NCBI RefSeq assembly: GCF_963921235.1
Contig: NC_086107.1
Coordinates: 106,704,001 to 106,768,000 of the forward strand
Origin: Mobula hypostoma
Taxonomy: Eukaryota
Direction: 5' to 3'
Length of the DNA stretch: 64,000 nt
Part shown: piece after piece, positions 23,575 through 37,186 of the stretch
Numbering within the stretch: position 1 is the stretch's first letter
How the letters are laid out: the number at the start of each line of letters is the position of its first letter
Translations under genes and position numbers: made by a program
The notes under the pieces: generated by a model
What the model was told of the DNA's origin: nothing
Databases searched by the model: none
Seen by the model: the letters and a program-made list of their open reading frames with translations, nothing else

Positions 23575-24220
23575 TGTCCACCACAACAGGCGGAATTTCC
23601 CGGTGGCCATTCTTTTCAATTTGCATTCCAATTCCCATTTCAACATGTTGGTCCGTGGCCTCCTCTACTGTCACGATGAGGCCACACTCAGGTTGGAGGA
23701 GCAACACCTCGTATTTCATTTGGGTAGCCTCCAACCTGATGACATGAACATTGATTTCTCTAACTTCGGGTAATTTCTTCCACCTTTCCTCACTTCTCTA
23801 CCCCTCCTCGCTGCCTTTTTCCATTCCCTGTTCTGGTTGTCCTCTCACTCCTTTTCTTCTCCTCACCTGCCCATCACCTCCACCTGGGTGACCCTCCTCC
23901 TCTTTCTCCCATGCTCCGCTCTCCTCTCCTATCAGAATTCTCCTTCAACCCTTCACCTCTTCCACCTGTCACCTCCCAGCTTCTTGCTCCCTCCCTCACT
24001 TGGTTTCACCTGCCAGCTTATACTCCTCCCCCCCCCCCCCCCCATCTTCTTATTCTGGCTTCTGCATCCTTCGTTTCCAGTCCTGATAAAGGGTCTTGGC
24101 TGAAAATGTTGACGAGTTATTCCCCTCTATGGATGCTGCTTGACTTGCTGAGTTCTTCCAGCATTTTGTGTGCGTTGCTCAAGATTTCCAACATCTGCAG
24201 AATCTTTTGTCTTAGTGTTT
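23575..24220 (+). mobile_element. Penelope-like element 3' fragment
   Basis: Frame PVAILFN...[28 protein letters not shown], followed by a pyrimidine-rich tract and terminal repeat. Confidence 0.75.
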
Positions 24221-24348
24221 TTTAATGTATTGTGTCCCCTCAGCCTCTCGTTAACCTGCAGTTTAAAATCTTAGTTATCTGAATGGCGAATTGGGTGCGA
24301 TGCTCAGAAACAAAGCCACTGAGTAATTAGCTCTTTTAAATCATTCAG

Positions 24349-24479
24349 ACCTACTGACGGTCAGCGAGACTGCGAATGAACCCCCTCAGGATGAAGGGAA
24401 TTCTTTCAACTCGCCCCGTAACCTAGCCATGGAGGCCACCTACATCAACCACAACTTCTCCCAGCAGTGCCTGAAGATG
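24349..24479 (+). CDS. EIF3D: EIF3D exon 10
   Basis: (D)[43 protein letters not shown]; attcag / gtaagg; 131 nt. Confidence 0.97.
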
Positions 24480-24631
24480 GTAAGGAAGGGCTCACCCCAA
24501 ACTTGTTTCTTGCCTCTCACTTAAAGATGCTAGTAAGAGAGAGTGGTGTTTCCGTTCTATCTCAGAAATGTTATTGAGGGCTTTGGGTGGATGTGGGAAA
24601 ACTGGATAGAAAGCAGTATTCTCATTTGATT

Positions 24632-26798
24632 GTACACTTGGTGGCCACTTTATTATGAACCTGCTGTACTTCATTAAGTGGCCACTAAGTGTGCGTTTAT
24701 AATTTTCTGCTGCTGTAGCCCATCCTCTTCAAGGTTTGTCTTGTGTGTTCAGACAAGCTTTAGTGCACACTGCTGTTATACTAGCTGAGTTAACTTCTTG
24801 TTTGGCCAATCTCCTCTGACCTCTCTCATTAACAAGGCATTTTCACCCACAGGACTGCCTCTCACTGGATGTGTTTTTTTGTTTTTCACATCATTCTCAA
24901 AACTAGAGACTTTTGGGATCAGCAGTTTGTAAGCTACTCAAACCACCCTGTCTGGCACCACGAATCATTCGACAGTCAGTCAATTAGATCACATTTCTTC
25001 CTCCATTCTGATGTTCGGTCTGAACAACAACTAAATCTCTTGATCATGCCTGCATGCTTTTTATGCACTGAGTTGATTGATTATCAGAATCAGGTTTAAT
25101 ATCATTGGCATATGTCATGAAATTTGTTAACTTGGCATCAGCGCTAAAATGTAATACATGATAATAATAGAAAAATACTGTGCATTACAGTAATTATATA
25201 CATATTGAATAGTTACATAAGTACTGCAAGAAAAGTAGTCAGGTAGTGTCACATTCAGAAATTGGATGGCAGAAGGGATGCTGGTCCTGAGTCATTGAGT
25301 GTGTGTCTTCAGACTTCTGTACCTCTTTCCTGCGGTAACAATAAGAGGGTGTGTCCTGGGTGATGGGGATCCTTAATAATGGTGCTGCATTTCTGAGGCA
25401 CCGTTCCTTGAAGATGTCTTGGATACTATGGTGGCTGATGCCCATGATGGAGCCGACTAAGTTTACAACTTTCTGTGTCTTACTTTGATCCTGTGCAGTA
25501 GCCCTCCCCCCCCCATACCAGATGTTGATGAAGCCAGTCAGCATGCTCTCCATGGTACATCTGTAGATGTTTTCAAGTGTTTTAGGTGATAAACCAAATC
25601 TTCTCGAACTCCTAATGAAATAGTCATAGTCATACTTTATTGATTCCGAGGGAAATTGGTTTTCGTTAGTTGCACCATAAATAATTAAATAGTAATAAAA
25701 CCATAAATAATTAGTAATATGTAAATTATGCCAGGAAATAAGTCCAGGACCAGCCTATCGGCTCAGGGTGTCTGACCCTCCAAGGGAGGAGTTGTAAAGT
25801 TTGATGGTCACAGGCAGGAATGACTTCCTATGATGCTCAGTGTTGCATCTCGGTGGAATGAGTCTCTGGCTGAATGTACTCCTCTGCCCACCCAGTACAT
25901 TATGTCCAAGATGGCATGCAACTTGCAATCCTCTTTTTGGACACCACCGTGAGAGAGTCCAGTTCCATCCCCACAACATCACTGGCCTTACGAATGAGTT
26001 TGTTGATTCTGTTGGTGTCTGTCACCCTCAGCCTGCTGCCCCAGCACACAACAGCAGACATGATAGCACTGGCCACCACAGACTCGTAGAACATCCTCAG
26101 CATCGTCCGACAGATGTTAAAGGACCTCAGTCTCCTCAGGAAATAGGGACGGCTCTGACCCTTCTTGTAGACAGCCTCAGTGTTCTTTGACCAGTCCAGT
26201 TGATTGTCAATTCGTATCCCCAGGTATTTGTATAAATATAGCTGCTATCTTGCCTTCGTTATAGCTGCATCAGTATGTTAGGATCAGGTTAGGTCCTCGA
26301 GATATTAACACCCATGAACTTGAAATTGCTCACTCTTCCCACTTCTGATCCCTCTGTGAGGTCTTCCCTTTCTGAAGACCACAATCAGCCCTTCGGTCTT
26401 ACTAATGCTGAGTGCAAGATTGTTGCTGCGACACCACTCAACCAGCTGGTATATCTCGCTCCTGTACGCCCTCTCGTCACCATCTGAGATTCTGCCAGCA
26501 ATGGTTATATCTTCAGCAAATTTTTAGATGGCATTTGGGCTGTGCCGAGCCACACAGCCATGGATGTAGAGAGAGAGTAGAGCAGTGGGTTAAGCATACA
26601 TCCCTGAGGTGCGCCAGTGTTGATTGTCAGCGATGTTATTTCCAATCCGCACAGATTGTGGTCTTCCAGTTAGGTTAGGAAGGTGAGGATCCAATTGTAG
26701 AGTGGGCCCAGGCTTTGTAGCTTTTTGATCAGGACTGCAGGAATAATTATATATTTGCATTAACGAGCAGGTGTACCTAATAAAGTGGCCACTGGTGC
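24632..26798. mobile_element. Tc1/mariner-derived element with nested LINE insertions
   Basis: TIR-like GTGGCCACTTTATT at ~24641 and AATAAAGTGGCCACTG at ~26779. Minus-strand LINE at ~25085-26745, itself interrupted at ~25623-26235. Confidence 0.65.
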
Positions 26799-26869
26799 AG
26801 GTCGGAGGGAGATTTGTTAATACATGTTCTAATTTGTATCCAGTTGCGGAGGCATTTTTAATCGTCTAT

Positions 26870-27325
26870 GGCACCTCTGGTGAAAGGACGTGTCCATTCT
26901 GGGGTAGCTCACTCACCTTTGGTCCCCACCGGCCACTGAGCTCTCACTTGTGGCTCCAAAGTGACTGTTTGCATGCAACAACAGTCATTTCAACAGGTGG
27001 GCTAAACTAGGTGAGGGTCGCCAGCGGCCTCATACCCTAGTGAGATAGGGACATGCCTGTACTAGCATATAAATTCAGCTCCAGTGGGCTGGGCAGCTGA
27101 GGTCAACGGTACAATCTCGCGGCCGGGAAGGCGGTTCTGCAACACTTCCTGGAGAGTGACGATCATAACAAGCCACAGAAGTCACCGTCATCCACTGCAG
27201 CAAGGAAGACCCCAGCTGTGATGACTTTGTTCCACTTTACCTGCACTTCCAAGGTTGACAGAGTGGAGCTGCCCCAATGTTCCGGCTTTTCCGTTCTAAA
27301 AAAACTTCTCTTTGTGCAGATCAAT
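26870..27325 (+). mobile_element. Older, degraded relative of the 35839-36402 RTE-like element
   Basis: Shares GCACCTCTGGTG, CACCTTTGGTCCCCACC, GCTCTCAC, TTTGCATGC, GGCTAAAC and AGGTGAGGGT. Confidence 0.7.
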
Positions 27326-29994
27326 CAATTATTAAAACTCTGGGAAAGGACAAAGGTAACATTATTCAACAGAGAGTCGTAGAGTAATCGTGCAGAAACA
27401 GGCCCTTCGGCCAACTCGACAATGCTGACCTGATGGTGTTCCTTTTGGCCCATGTCCTTCTGAACCTTTTGTCTCCATGTATCTGCCCAAATGTCTTTAA
27501 AACGGAATTTCTTTTCATATAGTGTGTTGTGCTGTGAACGGCACTGTGTGAAAAAGCAATGGAGGCAGATTCAGTTATTTAAAAGGCTCAGAATAAAAGA
27601 AATTCGGGCTCTGTTGACTGAGCAAAGTAGGGTACGAAGGGTTAAATGGTTTCCTTCGCTGCAGTACCCTTCTTTGATTAAAATGAGATTCCATTCTGCT
27701 GCATCCGGAAAGGTTGGTTAAATGTGAAACACCTACTTGTTTTAACAATTCGGTTTAGGCTGTGCACGGCTGAAGACATTAAAAACAACACCACCTCCTC
27801 CAGTCTCGGAAGGTTTGCTGACCTAATCCTGCGGATTGACGTTTTAGCGCCTTATTAAATGACCTGCGAATGAAAGGATTGCCTCCGCTTTTATGACTGG
27901 CTTACCCAGTCGTGATGTTTCTAAAGAGCAGCGCTGTCAATCTCGGGCGCTTCTTCCCGGGAATCTTTCTCACTGGTAAAATATCACTACTCTGCGCGTG
28001 ACCGCCGAAAAAAACTGCACGTTTGTGGGCGCAGCTCAGCACATCACAGGAACCAGCCTGTCCTCTACGGACTCCGTCTATATTTCTGGCTGCTTCAGTA
28101 AAGCAGCCAGCGTAATTGAAGATCCCGTTTGTGCCAGACATCCTCTATTCTGTCTCCCATTGGGCAAAGATAACAAAAACCTGAAAACACGGACCAGCAA
28201 GCTCAAGGATGACTTCCATCCCACTGTTTTCGGACTCTTGACCACACCCCTTGTACGACAAGATGGACTTTCAACATCAAAATACCTCACTGTGATCTTG
28301 CATTTTATCGTTAACCTGCACCGCACTTTTTCAGTAGCTTTTACATTTTATTCTGCATTGTCCCCCTCAGCGCACTATGTAATGATTTGATCTGTATGAA
28401 CGACAAGCTTTTCACTGTATCTTGATACATACAGCAGTATATTTTTCCTAAACTAATCGTAAGCAATCAGATACCCGGTTTTAGGATATTGATCAAAATT
28501 CAAAGATTCAAAGTCCAGTTATTATCAACGTGTGCATGCAGTATAAAACCCTGAGATTTGTCTTCCCGCGGACAGCCATGAAACAAAGAAAGCCATGGAA
28601 TTTGTTCAAAGAATAACATCAAACCCACTGCTGTCTGTAAGGATTGTGTATGTCCTCCCTGTGACTGAGTGGGTTTCCTCTGGGTGCTCTGGTTTTCTCC
28701 CACAGTCCTTGATTAATTCGGAGGTTGTCGGGTGGCGAGGCTCAAAGGGCTGGAAGGGCCTGTTCCACGCTGTATCCCAATAAATAAATAAACCCCTGCC
28801 CCCCAAAAAAAGCATAACAGGTAAGAAAAAAAGGTTGAAAACACGGAATATAAAACACAAAACCAAAAGGGTCAGTTCAGCTCAGTTTTAGTTCATTCTA
28901 GCGCTGTGTCGTTTGTTATCCAGGCCGCCCTGATCGAAATCTCCCAAAATAACAACAAGGTAAAAAGATTAGTTTGGCGTATTGGGGGTGTCGATGGAGG
29001 GAGAGATGCTTGTGTCCTAGGCTAGGAATGATGCATACTCTGTTGCAGTTCCACAGTCACTGACAGAGATGCTGCCAGGTGTCTGGGTCTTAGTTCACGC
29101 ATAGTCGGCAGGTCGCTGGAGGAATGAAAGGAGAGCCGGTTGTTGCAGATAATTTCAGGTTTGGGCAAAAATGTGATATGGGGTGCGGAAGCAACCTTTC
29201 CCTGTTGGTGAGTATACCCATAAGTATTGATCCCCATCCCAGGGTCATGGGATGCAGAGTCCCAAAGAAGGTAGTCACGTCTAATGGCTGACTCTCTAAA
29301 GCAGGGGTTCCCAAATGGTTTTATGCCATAGACCAATACCATTAATCAAAGGGTTGTGGAGCCCAGGCTGGGAATCCCTTCCCTGTAGGCTGAAATCTCC
29401 CTACTTGCCCAGAGCGAAGCTTTACGCAAACATCAAGGCTGCTGAATAATTTCTTGTCAGCTTCTGAGATTGCCAGAGTGTGAGGTAACGGGCAAGGTGG
29501 GGTACGAGTCACCCTCTCTTGCATTTCCAGCATCCCTGCTTCAAAATAACAAGATATCAGCATGTTATCCTGCCTCTTACATGGTCACAATAACTTGTTG
29601 AGAAAGAATTTATTGAGTTGTTCCATACTACCAGGTTAAATGCTGGGTTAATGGCATAGATGAAGGGTCTGGACTGAAGATACGGACTGTCCATTTCCCT
29701 TCACCGATGTTGTATGGCCCTCCAGCATTTTGTTTGTCGCTGTGAATGCCCACATCCTGCAGTCCTGAGCCTCTCCAGTTAAATTAATCTGCCTGCTGTC
29801 ATAAAGACAGAAGTAGTGATCCCAAGTTTAAATCCCACTGCAGCGGCATGGCAATCTACATTTACTTAATTAAATAAATGGCGTTGCTGGCTCCCACTGT
29901 GGCTGGTTGATTAATTGTTGGTCAGCGTCCAGGGCTCTGGCACGATTTTGTTTTCAGCTTTGTTTTTACATTTTCTGCCTCCCTGTTCTTGTAG

Positions 29995-30080
29995 GGCGCT
30001 GAGAAGTACAAATTCCCGAATCCAAACCCTTTCGTGGAGGATGACGTCGATAAGAATGAAGTAGCGTCAGTGGGATACAG
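29995..30080 (+). CDS. EIF3D: EIF3D exon 11
   Basis: GAEKYKFPNPNPFVEDDVDKNEVASVGY(R); ttgtag / gtacaa; 86 nt. Confidence 0.96.
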
Positions 30081-31246
30081 GTACAAAGTTGAAAGTAAAT
30101 TTATTATCAAAGTACGTACTGTACACTGGGCGGCCACTTTATTAGATTCAGGAGTGGAACCCAGTGTGGTCCTCTGCTGTGGCCTATCCACTTCCGACGT
30201 GTCGTGCATTCAGAGATGCTCTTCTGCACACCACTGTTGTAATGTGTGGTTATCTGAGTTGCTGTCGCCTTCCTGTCAGCTTGAACCAGTCTGGCCATTC
30301 TCCCCTGAACCTCTTTCAATAACGTGGCGTTATTGCCCACAGAACTGCTCGCTGGATGTCTTTCAAAAGGGCGCTGCTTCGAGAATGAGATATCCATCAC
30401 TAAGGACCCTTACCATCTATGATATGTCCTTTTCTCATTACTACCATCAAGAAGGAGGTACAGGAGCCTGAAGAACCGCGCTCACATTTTAGGAGCAGCT
30501 TCTTCCCCTCTGCCATCAGATTTCTGAACAGTCCGTGAACCCATGATATCATAGTCATAGAAGAGTACAGCACAAGAACAGATCTTTCGGCCAATCTAGT
30601 CCATGCTGAACCACTTAAAACTGCCTATTCCCATCGACCTGCACTGAGACCATAGCCCTCTACCACTACCATCCATGTACCCATCCAAACTTCTCTTAAA
30701 CATTGATTCTGATTTTGATGACTTGGCCTCCATAACTCCCTGGGAAAGGGAATTCCAAACTTTTGCACCTGCTTGAGAAGTTAATCCCCCTGTATTTAAT
30801 TCTTGAATAGGCGACCCCTCTCTGAAGCCTATGAGAAAGCTAGCATTTATGATGTTACCTCCAGAGGAAACTGTGGGAGATCCACCACCTTGGGCTGTCC
30901 GAGTCTGGATTCAGACGTTGGTTCAGGAGCAGCTAAGAATAGCTCGTTTCCTTTCCCAAGGGTACATAAGGAAATGGGTCAGGAACTATGACAGCTTGAA
31001 GCTTCATGGTCGTTTTTACTGATTCCAGCTTTTTTTTCTGTCTTTTTTCTTACATAATTAAAGAAAAAGACACATAGAGTTCACTGATGGGATTTGAACT
31101 CGTGATCCCTGAATTGTTTGCCCTGTTTATGACCACTACATTACACTGCCTAGAGCTGTAATCCTGCTGGGCATTAAGGAAGTCCTTTAGTTTTGGGTGC
31201 TGTTTCCTACCCCAGCTCACTCTTGGTTGCTCTGACTCTCCTGCAG

Positions 31247-31376
31247 ATACCGGAGGTGGAAGCTGGGGGATGACATCGATCTGATCGTGCGATGTGAACA
31301 CGACGGTGTCATGACAGGAGCCAATGGCGAAGTATCGTTCGTCAACATCAAGACTCTAAATGAGTGGGACTCGAGG
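31247..31376 (+). CDS. EIF3D: EIF3D exon 12
   Basis: YRRWKLGDDIDLIVRCEHDGVMTGANGEVSFVNIKTLNEWDSR; ctgcag / gtaagg; 130 nt. Confidence 0.97.
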
Positions 31377-34300
31377 GTAAGGCAGTAACGAGACAAGAAG
31401 TTAGTTTCCCAGTGTTGGATTCTGGTAATTTTGCATTCAAAGATTCTTCAAAAGTCCAGAATGAGCATAAAATTTGTTGGTTATTTATTAACATTTATTA
31501 AAGTGTTATAAGATCAAAGAATGAAGAAAAACAACAAAAAAGTTGCAGTCATCGTATACAAAAAAATGCTCAAACTAGAGAGATATCAAGCCACCATAAT
31601 AACAAATAACCTATGAAATAATCACTAAAAAATAAACTTCTATAAAAGCTACCAAAACCACCAGTAAAGGATTAAACAAGCAGCAGATATCACCACTGGC
31701 AAACGTTGAGACTTCCACCACCTCCTGTGGGAAAAAAAACTAGGAAGCTTCTAGAAACATAGAGATAGTAGTTACTAAAAAAAAATACACTGAACGATTA
31801 CACGTATGTAGGTGATTACATAGATAATACAAGTAAGCATAGGAAAGTTAAATAATGAGAAGATAACGATTTTACACCCTAATGCAAAACCAAGGAAAGA
31901 TCTTGGAACTGATTGTGACAGAACCCAGCAGAGAGGATCAGCCCCAGCGATTGTCCAGTGCAAGCTCTTTTCCCCCTGTGCCAGAGAGCTAGTTCCTCAC
32001 AGAAGAATGCAAAGCAACTTCAGTTACACCTCAGACACGAGAAAGACTGTAGATGCTGGAAATCCAGAGCAACACACACACAAAATGTTGAATGAATTCA
32101 GCAGGTCAGGCAGCATCTATGGAAAAGAGTAAAAGTGGATGTTTTGGGCCGAGACCCCTCCCTAGGACTGAGAAGGAAGTGGAAGAGAAGCCATATCAAA
32201 AAGTTGTTGGGGGGGTAGAGGCTAGCTGGAAGGTGATATGTGAAGCCAGGTGAGTGGGAAAGTTGAAGAGCTGGAGGAAAAGAATCTGATAGGATGGGAG
32301 AGGAGACCACAGGAGAAAGGGAAGGGAAGAAGGAGGGGACCCGGGGGAAGTAATAGGCAGGTGAGAAGAAGTAAAAGATCAGAGTTGGGAATTGGGTGGG
32401 GGGTGAAATTCGGTGAAAGAAGATACTGCTATTTGTGCCATCAGGTTGGAGGTGCCACCAGGCAGTTCAAAATCTCTGATTTTCAGTTGGGTGTTTCATC
32501 CAGCTCTGCACCTGGGTGGGGATCTTAAGGAATGGGTGGCTTTTGTGAGTATTTGTGGGGTTGGGTGTGGAGTCATCACTCCGCTACTGAATGTGCTCTA
32601 GCTATTTTATGTTCTCTTACAATATTGACGGAGATTGCTCAGTCCACTGAATCAGTGCCAGCACTCAGAGCAGTCCCGTCAGTGCTATTCCCCACTGAGC
32701 TTTCTGTAACCTATACTGTCTCACATGTCACACACACAAAATGCTGGAGGAACTCAGCGGGTCAGGCAGCATCTATTGAAATGAATAAACAGTTGACATT
32801 TTGGGCCGAGACCCTTCTTCAGGACTGGAAGGGAAAGGGAAGGCTTCAGAATAATAAAGTGGGGGTGAGGGGAAGGAGGCTAGCTGGAAGGTGATGGGTG
32901 AAGCCAGGTGGGTGGGAAAGGTCAAGGGCTGGAGATGAAGGAATCTGATAAGAGGAGAATGGACCATAGGAGGGGACCTTACGGAAGGTGATTGGCAGGT
33001 AAGACGAGATACTAGGCCAGAGTGGGGAATAGAGGAAGGGAGTGGATTTTTTTAATATCAGAAGGAGCAATTGATAGTCACGCCATCAGTTTGGAGACTG
33101 CTATCCAGGTGTTGCTGCTCCATCCTGAGGCTGGCCTCACACACCCACCTACATTAGGGGAAATTTATGTAGCCAGTTAACCTTCCAACCTGTCTGTCAT
33201 TGGGATGTGGGACGAACCTGAAGCATCCAGAAGAAACCTAAATGGCCAAAGGGAGAACGTGCAAACTCCACATGGACAGCGCCGGAGTTCGGAATGGAAC
33301 CTTGGCTGCTCGAGTTGTGAGTCAGTGCTGCTGGGAAACAGCGCAACAACTGGAAGTCTGTCTGATCCTTCCTGCTTCCCCCTTCGTCCCTCAAAAAGCA
33401 CCAGGTGCAGAGACTAGTTGAAGCACTCAACTGCAAATCAAGGAAGAGACTTTGAGCTGTCTGGTTCTTGTCGCTCAATAGTGATGCCTGTCATTTGTAA
33501 AGCTTTAGTGCATGTCTCTTAAGAAGGGAGTGGAGCTTAGGGTAAGAGTTGAGGGGTGAGGTGAAATTACCCCAAGGCACAAAATCAAGTTGCTTTAAGG
33601 CCCTTCATTGGTTGGCGTTGACCATGGATGTTGCGTCCTAACTGTCCAGGGCAGTGTGATATGGAGAGCAAACTGTTGCCCATGCAGCAGGCTGCCCCTC
33701 CGTGCTGCTGACGAATCCAAAGCAACGGCAGAGACCAGTGCAGTTTGGCACCAGCAGCATCACAGGAGTCGCCAGTCAGCGTTGAACTCAACGTAGGACT
33801 GACTTTGGGGCTCCAGCTCCAAATTTCTTCCTCTGGGTTCACTCCTGAACCCTTCCCCATGAGTAGGCATAGCTGCAAGGCAGCAGAGGTTTGAAATCAG
33901 AGTTCTCCTCCTCGATGAGCCCCATCTGCTGGAAGCGACTGGTTTTAGGGTGCCAGTAACCCGCCTTTGTCTCTTCTCTAGGCAGTAGAAACAGTTCTGC
34001 TAGGCTCAGTTACTAAGCTCCCCCCCCCACCCCCGGATGACAACCTTAAGAAATCAAAGTTGTTTTCGTATGTTCACGTTACACATGATACCTGCCTTGG
34101 TCTGAGTACCAGTGAATGAGGGACAATACTATCGGTTAAGGGAGAGTGTCAGAGCATATGGTACGTTCCTAAAGAGAGTGTCCGAACTTGTATGTCTTCT
34201 CCTAACTTGGGGCATACTGGAAATCAAACCAAACGAAAACTCAAATCTAAAGTCATAGAGCACTATAGCACAGAAATGGGCCCTTCAGTCCATCTAGTCC

Positions 34301-34773
34301 ATGCAAAGCTATTATTCTGCCTAGTCCCATCGACCTGCACATAAACCCTTTCATGTACTTATTCCAAATGCCTGTTAAATGTTGCAATTGAACCTGCGTC
34401 CACCACTTCATCTGGCAGCTTGTTCCACACTCTTAACACCCTCTGAGCGAAGATTCCCACCTCCCCCCCCCCCAGGTTTCACCTTTTACTCTTAACCTAT
34501 GACCTCTAGTTCCATTGGCATCCAATCTCAGTGGAAAAAGTCTGCTTGAATTTATCCTATATATATATACCCCTCATAATGTTAGGGTTGATTCACTCAA
34601 ATCACCCTCATTCTCCTATGCTTCAGGGAGAAAAAAGGCCTAAAAATCTAATCTCTGGGTAGTGTTTTAATAAAACTCACAATTTTTTCTTTTTATGGCT
34701 GCTATTTGATAGGTATGGGCTGTGTTGGGGTACAGGACACTACTGACTGTATTAAATTTCTGCTCCTGGGTAG

Positions 34774-34916
34774 TACTGTAATGGTGTGGACTGGCGACAG
34801 AAGCTGGACTCGCAGAGGGGAGCTGTCCTTGCCACCGAGCTGAAGAACAACAGTTACAAGCTGGCCCGATGGACCTGCTGTGCATTGCTGGCCGGATCAG
34901 AGTATCTCAAACTAGG
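34774..34916 (+). CDS. EIF3D: EIF3D exon 13
   Basis: [47 protein letters not shown](G); gggtag / gtaaga; 143 nt. Confidence 0.96.
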
Positions 34917-35838
34917 GTAAGAAGGGTGGGCTTGGGAAGGGATTCTAACAAAATTTCCCACAGTCCAAAGGTGTACAGGTTAGCAGGTGAATTAGTCATT
35001 GTGAATTGTCCTTTAATTAGGCTTGGATCGGTGGGTGCTGGTTCCGTGGGCTGGAAGGTGGAGATCTCTAAATAGAAATACAGGTGCATTCAAAGATCTA
35101 AGGGAGCCAAGTTATGGAAGTGAGCAGAGATCTTGGTGATTCTCCTTGGAACAGAGGGAATAGCTCAGCTGGTGGAGTTGCTGCCTCACAGCTCCAGCAG
35201 CCCTGAGTTAAATCCTGTCTGTGTGGAGTTTGCATGCTCTCCCAGTGACTGTATTACTTTCCCTCAGGTGTACCAGTTTCCTCCCACACCCCAAAGATGC
35301 ACAGGTTGGTGGGTTTATTGTTCACTGCTGGTTGGCCCTAAGAGAGGGATTGAACTTAACAGGAACAAAATAAAAGGGGAGAGGGTTAATGCAGAATTAG
35401 TGTAGATGGCTGCTCAGTGGCCTGTAGAGACTTGATGGGCAGAAGGGCCTATTTCCATGCTAAGTGATCCTTCAAAATTCAAATTAACTTTTCTTGTCAA
35501 AGTACATACATAAAACCATATCCAATTTCTTATGGGCGCACTCAATAAATCTGTAGAATAAGAACCATAACTGAATCAATGAAAGCCCATCCAGCTAGGG
35601 CACTCAACCAGACAACAAACAAATACAAAAAAAAAGGGGAAAAAAATAAATAAGCAATAAATAACGAGAACATGAGGTGAAGAGCCCTTGAAAGTGAGTC
35701 CATAGGTTGTGGGTACATTTCAGTGATGGGGCAAGTGTAGTTATCCCCTTTGGTTCAAGAACCTGATAGTTGCAGGATAATGACTGTTCCTCAACCTGGT
35801 GGTGCAAGTCCTGAGGCTCCTGTACCATCGAACTGATG

Positions 35839-36402
35839 TGTGTGTTCGTCTATTGTCAATGTCGATGAGGACCTTGACACCATTTGATGGTGTCGAGACT
35901 AGCGCGTGATTTGGATTTAAGTGAGGGAGAGTTGCGCAGTGTCAGCCTCACTCTCTCTTCCCAATTCCCATCTGGATCCAGTGGCAAGACAGAGTCGAGA
36001 CGGCTGGAGATGGGACTGGGCGCAGTGGATGACCAGGACGTCTTCTGTGTCTTGCCCTGCTCTACACGTTCCACGATGCTCGCAGAGACTGCCTTCTTGA
36101 CCGTTGGACCTTCCATCGGTCTCGTCCGCTCAATCCCCCGGAGTCTGTCTTCACATGCTGGGATAGACAACTCCCTATCTCACCGAGGGTTTGAGACCCG
36201 TCGGCTACCCTCACCTGGTTTAGCCGGCTTGTCGAAGCCGTTGCCTGGGGTGTGGCCGCTGTCGCATGCAAACTGCTACAGGGAGCCACAGGTGAGAGCT
36301 GAGTGCCAGGTGGGGACCAAAGGTGGGACTAACTGCCTTGAAGAGGACATGACATGTTCCCCCACCAGAGGTGCTACCCCTCCCTGACACCCCATACACC
36401 CC
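35839..36402 (-). mobile_element. Non-autonomous RTE-like retroelement with a 5' HDV-like ribozyme fold
   Basis: Interrupts an L2-like fragment with a degenerate TSD (TACC..AACT(G/A)ATG). CpG-rich. Nested double-pseudoknot pairings at 36208-36402. Confidence 0.7.
36208..36393 (-). ncRNA. HDV-like ribozyme (predicted, probably carrying one P1.1 mutation)
   Basis: P1 GGGGTGT/ACACCCC; P2 CTCTCACCTG/CAGGTGAGGG; P3 GGC/GCC; L3 starting TCC; AGGCAAC; P4 CGGCTT-CGAC-AAGCCG; J4/2 GCTAA. Confidence 0.65.
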
Positions 36403-37186
36403 TACCTAACTAATGCAGCAGTGAGGGGAGAGCATAACCTGGGTGGTGGCGGTCCCTGATGATGGATGCTGCTTTCCTGCAACTGCATTTCATGTGGGTG
36501 TAGATCCTGATGTGAGAGCAGGTTTAATAAAGATGATCAAAGTCCCAGAGGTTTTTTTACATAGAACAAATGAGAAACAACTTCCAGCATTAGGAAGGTC
36601 AGTAATTAGGACACAGCTTGACAGTAATTGGCAAATGAACCAGAGGGGGTGTTTGGAACCTTCTGCTGTGAATTATTGTGATTTGAAATGTGTTGCCTGT
36701 GGAGGCAGATTCTATTCAATCATTGAGAAGGGAATTGGGTAAATGGTTCGAAGGAAAATAGTTTACAGGGATATGTGGAGTGATTGTGGGACCAGGTGGA
36801 ATAGGCTTCTCTTCCAGAGGGCCCCACATTATGCCCTGTGGTCGAATGATTTCTCCTGAAGGTATCATTCTGTGAAATAAGTGGTTCCTAAGAAGGGATG
36901 AGGATGTGCATGAGAATGATCCTGGGAATAAAAGAGTTAACATATGAGGAGCATTTGATGACTGTGGGCCTGTACTCCCTGGAGTTTAGAAGAATGTGTG
37001 GGGGGGTCTCATTGTAGCCTATCGAATATTGAAAGACATAGAGTGGACCTGGAGAGGATGTTTCCTATAGTGAGGGACTCCAGGACCAGAGGGCACAGCT
37101 GCAGGATACAAGAACATCTCTTTAGAACAGAGATGAGGATGCAGGTCCACGGGTTCAACGCAGAGTCCAGGTCAGCAGTTCTTCTG

